Positions 7,966 to 16,365 are shown, numbered from the stretch's first letter. The stretch is DNA of 38,700 bases from Lachnospiraceae bacterium (GCA_963658395.1 CAVKPZ010000001.1:1-38700); one strand, 5' to 3'. The notes: a model not told the origin generated them from the sequence alone. Program-made: numbers and translations.

Positions 7966-9399
7966 TTACTTTATGGTGATTGTGTTGTTTACGCCTTGGT
8001 CGTTGATGTAATTTGACACTTTTTTGATGTAGTCGCCCATTGTCTCATCGTCTTCTTTCTTAATTTCGGTGTCATTGTGCTTAAATGTGCATCCATCAAA
8101 CTCGACCTCGATGTTCGTACCAATCTTAGTTCCGCGGGATTTCTTTTGAATGGTTAAGAAACCTTCGGTGGCACTCCCGTTTTCCTTAGCAGAAATAGTG
8201 CAATCTTTGAAAGTCAATTTGGAATTGTCGGTGTCATCGGTTAGGGCAATGGCGAAGAAGTTGTTTCCATTGCCACTCCAATAGTTTTCACCAATCAACT
8301 CGCAATTTTCGAACAGGCCAGTTGTATTGGGGGACCAGATGTTAACTCCACCGTAACCCTTTAACGTTGAATTGCGCACTATCAAGTTCAGGTTTTCGTT
8401 GTTGCTGGCGATATTGAGGGGGTAATGGGTTGTGCTTACGTTGCAGTTGTCCAACGTCAAAGTGAAGTTGGTTGTTCCCCAAACGTTGATAGTTCTCACA
8501 CTTTCGCTGCTATCGGCCGGAAGCGTGCTTGTAGCGGAACTAAGGTCAATTCCTACCAGGGTTAAGGAGCCGTTTTCGTGGGTGAATTTTCCATAAACAT
8601 CCGCATCATCGGAATCAGTAGGATCGGGTTCGTTGATGTTGAATACTCTCTTTTCGGTGGTGGTAATCTTTGTATCACCGTCTCCGTAGATGGTTAGATT
8701 CCTCGCGCTGACTCTTATGGGTTCGGAGAGTTCGATATCGCTGGTTGCCTTTACGCTGACGCTTTCGCTGCTTGAGGATAAAGCTTCAAGCAAATCCTCT
8801 TCGGAAGCGACTTCGGTGTCATAAACAACCGCGTTCCCTTGAACCGCTTCAACGCCGAGTTTGATGGTGGCTTGCTCGATCTCTTCGGTCGCGGTCGCGG
8901 GCAATTCGACGACAATCTCATAAGCCTCGATTTCGCCTTCGGCATCAAGCGCCGTCCAGTTCTTGACCATGGCGTCATCGCCGGTGACTTTCAAAGCGCC
9001 GGTGTTGTCCCCGGTGAAAGAATAGGTCTCGCGGTACTTGATCTTGACGTTGCTGTTGTTTTTCGGGGTGACGGTCAAAGTGACTTTGTCCCCAGGAAGC
9101 ATCTTGGTGATGCTGACGCTGTTGCCGTCTTCTGAGACTTCAGCCTTGATGTCGGCGTAATCGGCATTGTTGGTGGAATCGAAGATGGTGGCGTCGCCTG
9201 GGTTGATAAGGCTCGGGGAATAGACTTCCTTGACCTCGATCTTAGAAGTGACGCTGACTTTACCTGAGGCCACTTCGATTTGGCCGTTTGTTTTGCTCGT
9301 GAACAAAGCGTAGGTGGTTCCGACGGCGACCCCTCCAAAGGCAAGGGCCGCGGCTGCGGATAGGATGAGGGTTTTGCTAACTTGCTTTGAGGTTTTCAT
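7966..9399 (-). CDS. TasA/camelysin-like (SipW-dependent signal) protein fused to a C-terminal right-handed beta-helix domain
   Basis: 477 aa. The N-terminus LILSAAAALAFGGVAVGTTYALFTS matches the SipW-cognate signal (G-T-Y-A-x-F). It has a LPGDKVTLTVTPKNNSNVKIKYR beta-sandwich motif. The C-terminal ~270 aa show Asn/Thr/Gly-rich repeats (NLTIYGDGDTKI, LTLDNCNVS, LIVRNSTLKGYGGVNIW, LTFKDCTISA, VEFDGCTFKH) typical of pectate-lyase-fold beta-helices. Confidence 0.7.
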   Translation of the reverse strand: MKTSKQVSKTLILSAAAALAFGGVAVGTTYALFTSKTNGQIEVASGKVSVTSKIEVKEVYSPSLINPGDATIFDSTNNADYADIKAEVSEDGNSVSITKMLPGDKVTLTVTPKNNSNVKIKYRETYSFTGDNTGALKVTGDDAMVKNWTALDAEGEIEAYEIVVELPATATEEIEQATIKLGVEAVQGNAVVYDTEVASEEDLLEALSSSSESVSVKATSDIELSEPIRVSARNLTIYGDGDTKITTTEKRVFNINEPDPTDSDDADVYGKFTHENGSLTLVGIDLSSATSTLPADSSESVRTINVWGTTNFTLTLDNCNVSTTHYPLNIASNNENLNLIVRNSTLKGYGGVNIWSPNTTGLFENCELIGENYWSGNGNNFFAIALTDDTDNSKLTFKDCTISAKENGSATEGFLTIQKKSRGTKIGTNIEVEFDGCTFKHNDTEIKKEDDETMGDYIKKVSNYINDQGVNNTITIK

Positions 9400-9426
9400 A
9401 TTCTTTTTCTTTCCTTTCTTAGTTTG

Positions 9427-9987
9427 TTAGTCTTCGATGGCATTCGCCTGAATCGCCTCGACGTTGATCAGGACTTCGTAGCTTTTGTTCTGATATGCGT
9501 TTCCGGCGGTTTTGGGGAGAAGGATCTCGATTTGCTGCTCGGGTATCTCCCCTCCCACATCGACTCTTGCCCAGGAGGAGGCGCCTTCTAATTGAAGGGG
9601 GCAATCCTCTTCTCCGGGGATGGAGATGGCGACGCGGTATTTGATGGCGATGTTGCTTTTGTTATCAAGGGAGAGGGAGAACTTGACGCTGTCCCCTGGG
9701 CATATTCGGTCTAGGGATAACCCTTTGACCGTCTTGCCTTCGATCACGAAGTCTTTGAAGGAGGCTTCCCCTCCGTTTTCAAAGATGCTCCCTTCTTGCT
9801 TGGCCCCCATGGAATAGACTTCCAAGGTGGTTTCTTTGAAGCTTACGTCAAGATCGACTTTGGCCATCTTGACGCTGCTTGGCGCCTCTTTGGTGGCGGA
9901 GAAGTAGGCATAGGTGCCTGCGATGACTCCTGAAGAGGCGATCGCGGCGGCCAGCACAGAGGCGATTAGGATTTTCTTCTTTTTCAT
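9427..9987 (-). CDS. TasA/camelysin-like secreted protein (candidate fibre subunit)
   Basis: 186 aa. Signal MKKKKILIASVLAAAIASSGVIAGTYAYFSA. It has an ICPGDSVKFSLSLDNKSNIAIKYR motif and ends in INVEAIQANA, as in TasA-family proteins. SD AAGGAG lies 6 nt upstream. Confidence 0.75.
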   Translation of the reverse strand: MKKKKILIASVLAAAIASSGVIAGTYAYFSATKEAPSSVKMAKVDLDVSFKETTLEVYSMGAKQEGSIFENGGEASFKDFVIEGKTVKGLSLDRICPGDSVKFSLSLDNKSNIAIKYRVAISIPGEEDCPLQLEGASSWARVDVGGEIPEQQIEILLPKTAGNAYQNKSYEVLINVEAIQANAIED

Positions 9988-10005
9988 ATTGGGCTCCTTC
10001 GCTGA

Positions 10006-10632
10006 TTAGGACCTGGCCTCATTGAGCTGAGTCAAGGTCAGCTTGATGGCAAAGGATAGCTCTTGGTCTTGGGCTTCGTTGGAAATCTGCTCGGCGTCGA
10101 AGCTGAGCTTAAGGGCGAACTCGTCGCTCGCTCCTTTCTCCAGGTCGCTTAGATCGACCGGGGAGAGGTCCTTCAAGGTGAATGAACCTTTTTCGTCGGT
10201 TCCTTCGGTTACGGATACGCTGACGTACTCGAGCCATGAGACACTGTCGCTAGTTACGTTATCGGCCGTAACCTGGACGTTAAGCAATTCCAGCGTCGTC
10301 TTGAAGGCGGTGCCGCCGGTGTTCTCCAATTTGAACGTGGATTTGACCTCGCTCCCAGGAACGATGTTTTCTAGCTCGAACGCTTCCGACCCGTCTTGGG
10401 TGAGGTCGAGAAGAGAATCATCGACCTTGTCTTCAAGATAGCCCTGCGCGTTAGGCACCTTGGATCTCAGCTCGGTGCGGCTGAAGGAGAAATTGAGGTT
10501 GCCGATTTTGACGTGGCTGACCACATCAAGGTTCCGGTTGAACAAAGCGAACGTTCCCCCAATCGCTCCGCCTAGAGCCAAAGCGGCGACTCCGGATGCG
10601 ATCAGCAAGCCTTTGATGCGCTTACTTTCCAT
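10006..10632 (-). CDS. TasA/camelysin-like secreted protein (paralog)
   Basis: 208 aa. Signal LLIASGVAALALGGAIGGTFALFNR. It has an IVPGSEVKSTFKLENTGGTAFK motif. SD AGGAGG lies 7 nt upstream. Confidence 0.7.
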   Translation of the reverse strand: MESKRIKGLLIASGVAALALGGAIGGTFALFNRNLDVVSHVKIGNLNFSFSRTELRSKVPNAQGYLEDKVDDSLLDLTQDGSEAFELENIVPGSEVKSTFKLENTGGTAFKTTLELLNVQVTADNVTSDSVSWLEYVSVSVTEGTDEKGSFTLKDLSPVDLSDLEKGASDEFALKLSFDAEQISNEAQDQELSFAIKLTLTQLNEARS

Positions 10633-10636
10633 TGTT

Positions 10637-10912
10637 TTACCTCCTTTCTTCGTTGCTGCCCTCGTTTATTCGGCTTCCTTCTTGCTCGCTTGGATAAAGC
10701 AAGGAAGCGCAGAAGAGGGATTCGGGCGAATGTCCCTCTTCTTTATAGGCGAATGAGTAAGACCTCACTCGGTATAAACTTTTTGGTTCTTCTACACTTG
10801 GCTTAGCGGTAGTTTCTTTCTTGTTCTTGAGGAGACTATCGACGCCGACGTAGCCAAGGAACGCGGCGATGGATAGTCCCAATATGGATAAGCAGATGAT
10901 GATTACGATCAT
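10637..10912 (-). CDS. Small single-pass membrane protein, unknown function
   Basis: 91 aa. N-terminal TM MIVIIICLSILGLSIAAFLGYVGV. It is tightly packed between operon genes, with 6-nt and 4-nt gaps. I recognise no homology. Confidence 0.5.
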   Translation of the reverse strand: MIVIIICLSILGLSIAAFLGYVGVDSLLKNKKETTAKPSVEEPKSLYRVRSYSFAYKEEGHSPESLFCASLLYPSEQEGSRINEGSNEERR

Positions 10913-10918
10913 GTTCTT

Positions 10919-11422
10919 CTATCTCCAATTGACCGACATATGCATCGCGAAGGAAAAGGAAAGGTCCTCGTGGGTTGAGGGGACGTCCTTGCTTAGGGTG
11001 TAATGGAATTCGAGGAGCGTGTTCTTCTGATCCACCACATTGAATTCCAAAGGCGTTTCTTGCTTCGCCTTCTCTATCGCGGTTATGGGGAGCAGAGTTT
11101 GTCCCTCCCAGGTTATGGTGAGGGAGAGGTATTCGTATCCCTCACCGGTATAGGAATCGTAATAAAGGGTGACCTTGCTGTTTTTGGCGGTGGTCATGTC
11201 TAATCTCACTTCCAAAACCCTAGTGTCCCCGGGAAAGAGTGGGTTCTCCTCACTCGCGAGGTAGACTTTCCCGTCTTTGACGAATACGCTTGGGTCAGGC
11301 TGAGAGGAATCGATGCTTTGGTATTGCTCGTTTACGGCGTAGCAAATAGGGACGGCGACTGAGCTCGCCAAAACGACCCCGGAGAGGGAGAAAAGGGCTA
11401 TGACGATCCCTTTTTTGATCAT
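10919..11422 (-). CDS. Secreted protein, distant TasA-like beta-sandwich paralog
   Basis: 167 aa. N-terminal signal/TM MIKKGIVIALFSLSGVVLASSVAVPICYA. It has a LFPGDTRVLEVRLDMTTAKNSKVTLYY motif analogous to the PGD motif of its three neighbours. It overlaps the upstream gene by 4 nt (ATGA). Confidence 0.55.
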   Translation of the reverse strand: MIKKGIVIALFSLSGVVLASSVAVPICYAVNEQYQSIDSSQPDPSVFVKDGKVYLASEENPLFPGDTRVLEVRLDMTTAKNSKVTLYYDSYTGEGYEYLSLTITWEGQTLLPITAIEKAKQETPLEFNVVDQKNTLLEFHYTLSKDVPSTHEDLSFSFAMHMSVNWR

Positions 11423-12336
11423 CTGTCCCCTTCTTTCTCAGCGGTCATGTCGCTGATGATCCCGATAGCGCGCCTGACGGCTAAAGAGCTGCGGACGCGC
11501 AGAAGGGTTGGGGTGTCTTGATAGGCCTTCTTATCGGAGGCCTCTAAGGGAATGGATGTGCTCGCGTAGTCTTTCGCGGACACAGCGAAATAGCACTTAA
11601 GCGTTTTGCCGGAGATGGCGATTTTAAGGTAGGTTTTGCGGCCAAGGTGATAAGTATCGCAGGTTTTCGAGACCCGGCCTTTGAGCTTGCAACTGATCGC
11701 GGCTTGCTTGATGGCCTTGTAATTGGCTTTGAGCTCAGGGGAGCTCTTCCTCAGCTTCTCGGTGAAAGTGCGGCGCTTGATGTCAGGGAAAGGATTATCC
11801 GAGGCTTGTTTCGCTTCGTCTCCCCCCCCTATTTTCAGTGTGGGGGCGGTCGCGACTTCGACGGGTTTTTCCACTACTTTCTCGACGATCTTCTCAATGA
11901 CGACCGGCTTTGGCTCCTCAGGCACATAGGGAAGAGGAACGTTCGCGTGGAGATCCACGATCAACGCTTTCTCTTCTTTCCTGGCGTAAAGGACGTAGTC
12001 TGCGCAGAGCAAAGAAAGGCGATAGGCCAATTCGGGGTCCTCCTTAGAAGAGAAGAACGGATTGCTTAGGGCGTCGTCATGCTCTTGCTGATGCTTGGCG
12101 ATATAGGAGTCGATATCTTTCTTTCTTAAAGATAGATAGGTTAAGGAAAGCTGTTCGAAGGTTTCTTCGGCTTTCTTTGACACCTCTTCTTGGGTAAGGG
12201 CCTCCCCTTCAAAGTATTCTTTGCAGAAAGGCTTCAGCCCCTCCTCAAAGAAAGGAAGCGCATCGCAGGAAAAAGGGGATGAGCTTTCCTTACTTTTGAT
12301 CAGGCGGCACTGCATCTGACTCTCGCGTTCTTGCAT
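11419..12336 (-). CDS. Hypothetical cytoplasmic protein, first gene of the SipW/TasA-like operon
   Basis: 305 aa with no signal peptide. It has an acidic/proline linker (EEPKPVVIEKIVEKVVEKPVEV) and a basic C-terminal domain (KRRTFTEKLRKSSPELKANYKAIKQ...GKTLKCYFAV). SD GAGG lies 7 nt upstream. Function unknown. Confidence 0.55.
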   Translation of the reverse strand: MQERESQMQCRLIKSKESSSPFSCDALPFFEEGLKPFCKEYFEGEALTQEEVSKKAEETFEQLSLTYLSLRKKDIDSYIAKHQQEHDDALSNPFFSSKEDPELAYRLSLLCADYVLYARKEEKALIVDLHANVPLPYVPEEPKPVVIEKIVEKVVEKPVEVATAPTLKIGGGDEAKQASDNPFPDIKRRTFTEKLRKSSPELKANYKAIKQAAISCKLKGRVSKTCDTYHLGRKTYLKIAISGKTLKCYFAVSAKDYASTSIPLEASDKKAYQDTPTLLRVRSSLAVRRAIGIISDMTAEKEGDR

Positions 12337-12380
12337 TTTCTTGCCTCACAAACCTATACGAATTCGGTTATCAAGAAGCA

Positions 12381-12409
12381 TTTGTAGCGCGTTCATTTTG
12401 GTTTGTCAA
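12381..12409 (-). promoter_or_regulatory. Candidate sigma-A promoter of the SipW/TasA-like operon
   Basis: The minus strand reads TTGACA (12409-12404), a 17-nt spacer, then TACAAA (12386-12381). That is about 45 nt upstream of the ATG at 12336. This is a motif match only. Confidence 0.35.
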
Positions 12410-12926
12410 ACAATCAAAAACAGGGTGAATATCAAAAACCAGTATCTTTGTTAAGCGAATTAAGAAAAGGAAGGGAGAACGGTATTGTTTTAACGGGTTT
12501 TCAAAAAACAAAACGGATATGTACGATTTTTTCTGATATTTATTTCTGAGCCCGTAAAGAAAATGGCGGAAGCCCCCTCTTCCCTTAAGGTTGCTTTTGC
12601 TTTCGCATACGTATCCCCCTGTTTTTTCTGAGGCTTTGAAAATACAGGGAAACGGTACGGTGCTGTTGTGAATTATGCGTAGGGACGCCCCCGTTTCCTC
12701 GAGAATGGCAATTAGGCGGTAACGGTCGAGACAGAGCCTTATGGGAAAGCGGTTTGAAGACTATTTGGTTGATTCTAAGAAAGGGCTACTTAAGAAATAC
12801 CGTATATCAAATTGGCCAGGGTATATGAAATCGCCCATGACCTCATGGACAAATGCGCCAGGACGAATGAAACGGGATTAAACAATCCGAAAAAGAAGCG
12901 AATCCTTGGCGGCTTCATGAAAAAAG

Positions 12927-13016
12927 AACTTATAGAAGTAAAACTAGAAGCGAACTAGAAGTAAAACTAGAAGTGAACTAGAAGTTATTGTGAGGAAGCT
13001 GTAAAATATTCTAGAA
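12927..13016. repeat. Array of AACTAGAAG dyad units at 11/12/11-bp spacing, plus a TTCTAGAA palindrome, directly upstream of the AlbA_2 gene
   Basis: Perfect AACTAGAAG copies lie at 12942, 12953, 12965 and 12976. A degenerate copy, aacttatagaag, lies at 12927. Each unit extends to AACT-aga-AGTT, which is a dyad. The TTCTAGAA palindrome is at 13009-13016, just before the SD. Confidence 0.85.
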
Positions 13017-13030
13017 AGGTGGTGAACAAT

Positions 13031-14482
13031 ATGCTTTTATCCGAATTGGGAATCAAAGAAGAATTCGAAACCGTGACTAATGATTTCAAGAGATTTCTCA
13101 ATGACGGCGAGAGATCTTTGGAGTGGCTGAAAACCATTGATGCTTTTGCCAACACCAAAGGAGGAACTCTTTATGTCGGGGTTTCCGATGAGGACTATCG
13201 GCCAATTGGCTTAGATAAAAAAACGGTGGATTCGCAGGTGCAGCTTTTCTTCCGCCTTGTCAAAGAACACCTCCGGCCCGAACCCGTGGTTCAGGTTCGT
13301 TATCTAAAGGTTAGAGACGAAGCGTTCGTAATCGAGTTTTCAATTGCCTCCTCTTTATTGAAACCCGTCGTCTGCTCTTATGGTGGGAACGGTTCCATAT
13401 TTATTCGTTTAGAAGGGAAAACGCGTTTAGCCACCACCGAGGAAATCCAACGCATGGCTCTAGATACGGCCTACGTTGAATACGACAAGGTGTATTCGGA
13501 CGTGGAGTTTGATCCCGCGTGTTTCCAAACGCTTTATTCCCTATACAAGGAGAACAGCGGCAAAGAGCTTACTGAAAAGGCTCTATTCTCCATCGGTTTC
13601 TTTAATGAGCAGCGCGTCTGCCGAAGGGCCGCATTGCTTTTCTCCGATAATTTCCAGGGGGATGAAACAGCGCTCTCTATCACTGATTTCATGGGTCTAG
13701 GCAAAGGAGGAAACCGCTTTGTCAGCGAGCCTTATTTCCGCGGAAATATTCTTGAAGGGATCAAGCGCGTTCAACGCTTCGCTAGAGCCCACTCCAAGGA
13801 GATTTACGTCAAACTCGACGCAAACGGCCACACGACTTCCTCCTTCCCCGAGCGTGCCGTGACCGAGGCGATTGTCAACGCCTATGCGCATAGGAACTAT
13901 TTGCTCCCACATGGCCAAATTGAGGTAAATCTTTATCTCGACCGTTTGGAGATCGTTTCCCCGGGTTCCGTCGTTGGGCGCTCGGGATTTGAAAAAAGAA
14001 AAGATTTGGCGGCTTTGATTCCCATTCGGAGAAATCCTTTTATCTGCGAAGTCCTCTCTTTGCTTCTATTGATGGAGAGAAAAGGCTCTGGGTTCGACAA
14101 AATCGAAAAGGAATATGATTGCTTTTCTTCCGCTTTCAAGCCTTTTGCCTCTAGCGATGAGGCCTCCTTTTCCATTTCCTTGCCCAACCTTTCCTATCCT
14201 TTTGGAGTGGCTGATGGCGATAATGCGAACCTGGATTTGTTTTTCCCTGAACTCGAACGAGAGAGAGAAAGCACGAAGAGGGTTCTTTCCTATTGCTTCT
14301 TCAAAAGAAGATCTCTCAGCGAGATCGCCTCTTTCTTGGGTGTCGCCGTCTCCTCTTATCTGAGAAATAACGTGCTTCATGAGCTGATTGATAGGGGCCT
14401 CCTCCTTCTTGAGAGGGAGGGGAATAAGGATTATTACCTCACCGATAAGCGGCTGGTCAGTATCCGCGGGGAAGAACAATAG
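13031..14482 (+). CDS. AlbA_2 (Schlafen-like) plus HATPase_c_4-type putative DNA-binding/transcriptional regulator ('RecG-like' annotation family)
   Basis: The track start is GTG at 13019. The ATG at 13031 is preceded by AAAGGTGG at 8 nt. The N-terminus ...FETVTNDFKRFLNDGERSLEWLKTIDAFANTKGGTLYVGVSD... fits AlbA_2. AVTEAIVNAYAHRNY...LEIVSPGS fits the HATPase_c_4-like part. The C-terminus looks like a wHTH (LSEIASFLGVAVSSYLRNNVLHELIDRGLL). Confidence 0.7.
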   Translation: MLLSELGIKEEFETVTNDFKRFLNDGERSLEWLKTIDAFANTKGGTLYVGVSDEDYRPIGLDKKTVDSQVQLFFRLVKEHLRPEPVVQVRYLKVRDEAFVIEFSIASSLLKPVVCSYGGNGSIFIRLEGKTRLATTEEIQRMALDTAYVEYDKVYSDVEFDPACFQTLYSLYKENSGKELTEKALFSIGFFNEQRVCRRAALLFSDNFQGDETALSITDFMGLGKGGNRFVSEPYFRGNILEGIKRVQRFARAHSKEIYVKLDANGHTTSSFPERAVTEAIVNAYAHRNYLLPHGQIEVNLYLDRLEIVSPGSVVGRSGFEKRKDLAALIPIRRNPFICEVLSLLLLMERKGSGFDKIEKEYDCFSSAFKPFASSDEASFSISLPNLSYPFGVADGDNANLDLFFPELERERESTKRVLSYCFFKRRSLSEIASFLGVAVSSYLRNNVLHELIDRGLLLLEREGNKDYYLTDKRLVSIRGEEQ

Positions 14483-14527
14483 AAGTGCTGGAAGTAAATC
14501 TAGAAGCGTTCTAGAACAAAACTAAAA
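14478..14527. repeat. Degenerate array of the same (N)TAGAAG/TTCTAGAA motif family directly downstream of the AlbA_2 gene
   Basis: aatagaagt (14478), ctggaagt (14488), atctagaag (14498), ttctagaac (14509) and aaactaaaa (14519) occur at roughly 10-11 bp spacing. The array overlaps the TAG stop at 14480-14482. Confidence 0.6.
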
Positions 14528-14619
14528 TTTGGCTGATATTTATCCGTTCTTTTCCCCTTCGCCACTTCAATTAAGCGCTTGCTTTCGCTAAAAGAAAACC
14601 CGAGACCGTCGATTTTCAA

Positions 14620-14625
14620 TATAAT
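14620..14625 (+). promoter_or_regulatory. TATAAT -10 box 6 nt upstream of the glycosyltransferase ATG (possible leaderless transcript)
   Basis: tataat lies at 14620-14625 and the ATG at 14632. There is no SD between them (gttggc). I did not find a good -35. Confidence 0.25.
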
Positions 14626-14631
14626 GTTGGC

Positions 14632-15675
14632 ATGAGCAACAAAATCAGCATCGATATCCTATCTCACGCCGACATGGCGGAAGCACAAGGCGTATTAAGC
14701 GTCTACCGCGAACAGACCCGCATCTTGGAGAAATACGGCAAAGACGACTTCAATCTAACCTATAACAAACTGACGGGCAAATTCGACCTTTACCATGTCC
14801 ATTCCGTGAACCCCTCCTTCTATTTCTTCACCCTGAAGAAAAGGAAGACCTCCATTGTTTTCGTCCATTTCTTGCCCGATACCTTGGATGGATCGGTCAA
14901 ACTGCCGAAGATCGCCTTCAAGGTCTTCAAGTGGTACGTGACCTCCTTCTACAAGAAAGCCAAGGAGATCGTCGTGGTGAACCCCACTTTCAAAAAGGAA
15001 CTCGCCAGGTTCGGCATAAAAGAAGAAAAGATCACCTACATCCCCAATTTCGTGAGCCACGGCTCTTTCTTCCCGAAGACGGCGGAAGAGAAAGCGGCCC
15101 TAAAGAAGGAATGGGGATTTCCCCTTGATAAAAAGGTCGTGATCGCCGTTGGGCAGGTCCAGACAAGAAAAGGCGTCATGGATTTCATCCGGACTTCCGA
15201 AAAGTGCCCCGACATGTATTTTGTTTGGGCGGGAGGCTTCTCTTTCAAAGGCATCACCGATGGCTATAAAGAGCTGAAGGCTGAGATGGAGAAACAGAGG
15301 CCGAACCTAAGATTCCTAGGCATCCAACCCCGCGAGAAGATGAACGACATCTATAACGCTTCCGACATCTTCATGCTCCCCTCCTTCAATGAGCTTTTCC
15401 CGATGGCCTTGCTTGAGGCCTGCAACTCCGGCCTCCCCTACATCGTCCGCGATTTGGATCTTTATAAAGACATCCTTCTTGGCGATTATTTCACCGCGAA
15501 AGACGTGGATGGATTTGCTTCTAAACTGCATGAACTAACAAATAGCGAAGAGACTTTTGAACATGGGAAAGTCCTCTCCAAGATGATCGCTGACACCTAT
15601 AGCGAAGAAGCCAATTACGCTCTTTGGAAAGACTATTACACCAAGATCTGCGAGAAATACAAAAAGAAGAAATAA
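14632..15675 (+). CDS. Group-1 (GT4-family) glycosyltransferase
   Basis: 347 aa. The C-terminal half carries the GT4-type motif region: GRLVxxKG-like VGQVQTRKGVMDF, then FMLPSFNELFPMALLEACNSGLPYIVRD (E-x7-E-like). The donor and acceptor cannot be inferred. Confidence 0.7.
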   Translation: MSNKISIDILSHADMAEAQGVLSVYREQTRILEKYGKDDFNLTYNKLTGKFDLYHVHSVNPSFYFFTLKKRKTSIVFVHFLPDTLDGSVKLPKIAFKVFKWYVTSFYKKAKEIVVVNPTFKKELARFGIKEEKITYIPNFVSHGSFFPKTAEEKAALKKEWGFPLDKKVVIAVGQVQTRKGVMDFIRTSEKCPDMYFVWAGGFSFKGITDGYKELKAEMEKQRPNLRFLGIQPREKMNDIYNASDIFMLPSFNELFPMALLEACNSGLPYIVRDLDLYKDILLGDYFTAKDVDGFASKLHELTNSEETFEHGKVLSKMIADTYSEEANYALWKDYYTKICEKYKKKK

Positions 15676-15753
15676 GCCTCTTCTTAGCCGTTAAACGAAA
15701 TTCTCAAGAGCCCTTAATTTGCGGCGCTTTTAAATGCGACGCGTCAAGAAACG

Positions 15754-16365
15754 TCACTTTTGCGAATTTTTCGATTCGCATAGGCCTGCGTCAGGCAATG
15801 TTTTTTCGTTCGTTAATCGGAACAGGAGGTGATTGCAGAGCTCGCCAATGTCATCAAGGGAAAGTTTGATCGTGCCTTTAAAGTAATCCACAAAGAGATG
15901 GGTGATCCCGTTGGTCAAAAAGTCAATCTCCGCCATGCGGATATTCGAATCCGTGGACAAGGCGTCTAAATGAATGTCTTTGTTGATACGCTCATTGCAG
16001 ATGCTCTTTAACTGGTCGATGAATTTGCTCGGCAAGTCTGAAACAAAGATCTTCTTATAAAGGTTCTCGTTTTCCTTGAGGTGTTGAATGATCTTTTTGA
16101 CATAGGGAGCGAACTCTTCCTTATGCTCTTTCATATAGGTGTTCAGCGTCTCATCGAGCAAATCCAAGATCTCTTGCTCGAACTCCTCAGTGACCGCGTA
16201 GACGTCCTGATAATGGCAATAGAACGTGGACTTTGAGATGTCGGCTCTCTCCACGAGCTCCTTGACGGTGATTTTGGTGATGTCTTGCTTCTCAGATACG
16301 AGTTCGGCGAAAGCCTCGCGGATCATCCTTTTCGTGCGGATGGAATTTCGGTACACAGCGGTCAT
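15754..16365 (-). CDS. TetR/AcrR-family transcriptional regulator
   Basis: 203 aa. The N-terminal HTH is IREAFAELVSEKQDITKITVKELVERADISKSTFYCHYQD. SD GGAGG lies 7 nt upstream. It is divergent from the ABC operon. Confidence 0.85.
   Translation of the reverse strand: MTAVYRNSIRTKRMIREAFAELVSEKQDITKITVKELVERADISKSTFYCHYQDVYAVTEEFEQEILDLLDETLNTYMKEHKEEFAPYVKKIIQHLKENENLYKKIFVSDLPSKFIDQLKSICNERINKDIHLDALSTDSNIRMAEIDFLTNGITHLFVDYFKGTIKLSLDDIGELCNHLLFRLTNEKTLPDAGLCESKNSQK

Noticed and set aside
12640-12730. Weak resemblance to a c-di-GMP-I (GEMM-I) riboswitch (..aGGGAAAC..hairpin..GGGACGC..), which would be attractive next to a biofilm-fibre operon.
   Set aside because: The motif is on the plus strand, so it points away from the fibre operon. 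The GCAAAGCC segment and the second conserved hairpin are absent. The similarity is limited to two short G-rich words.
12927-12985. A short regularly spaced repeat array, considered as a possible CRISPR array.
   Set aside because: The units are 9-12 bp and directly abutting, with no unique spacers, and there are no cas genes. This is incompatible with CRISPR.
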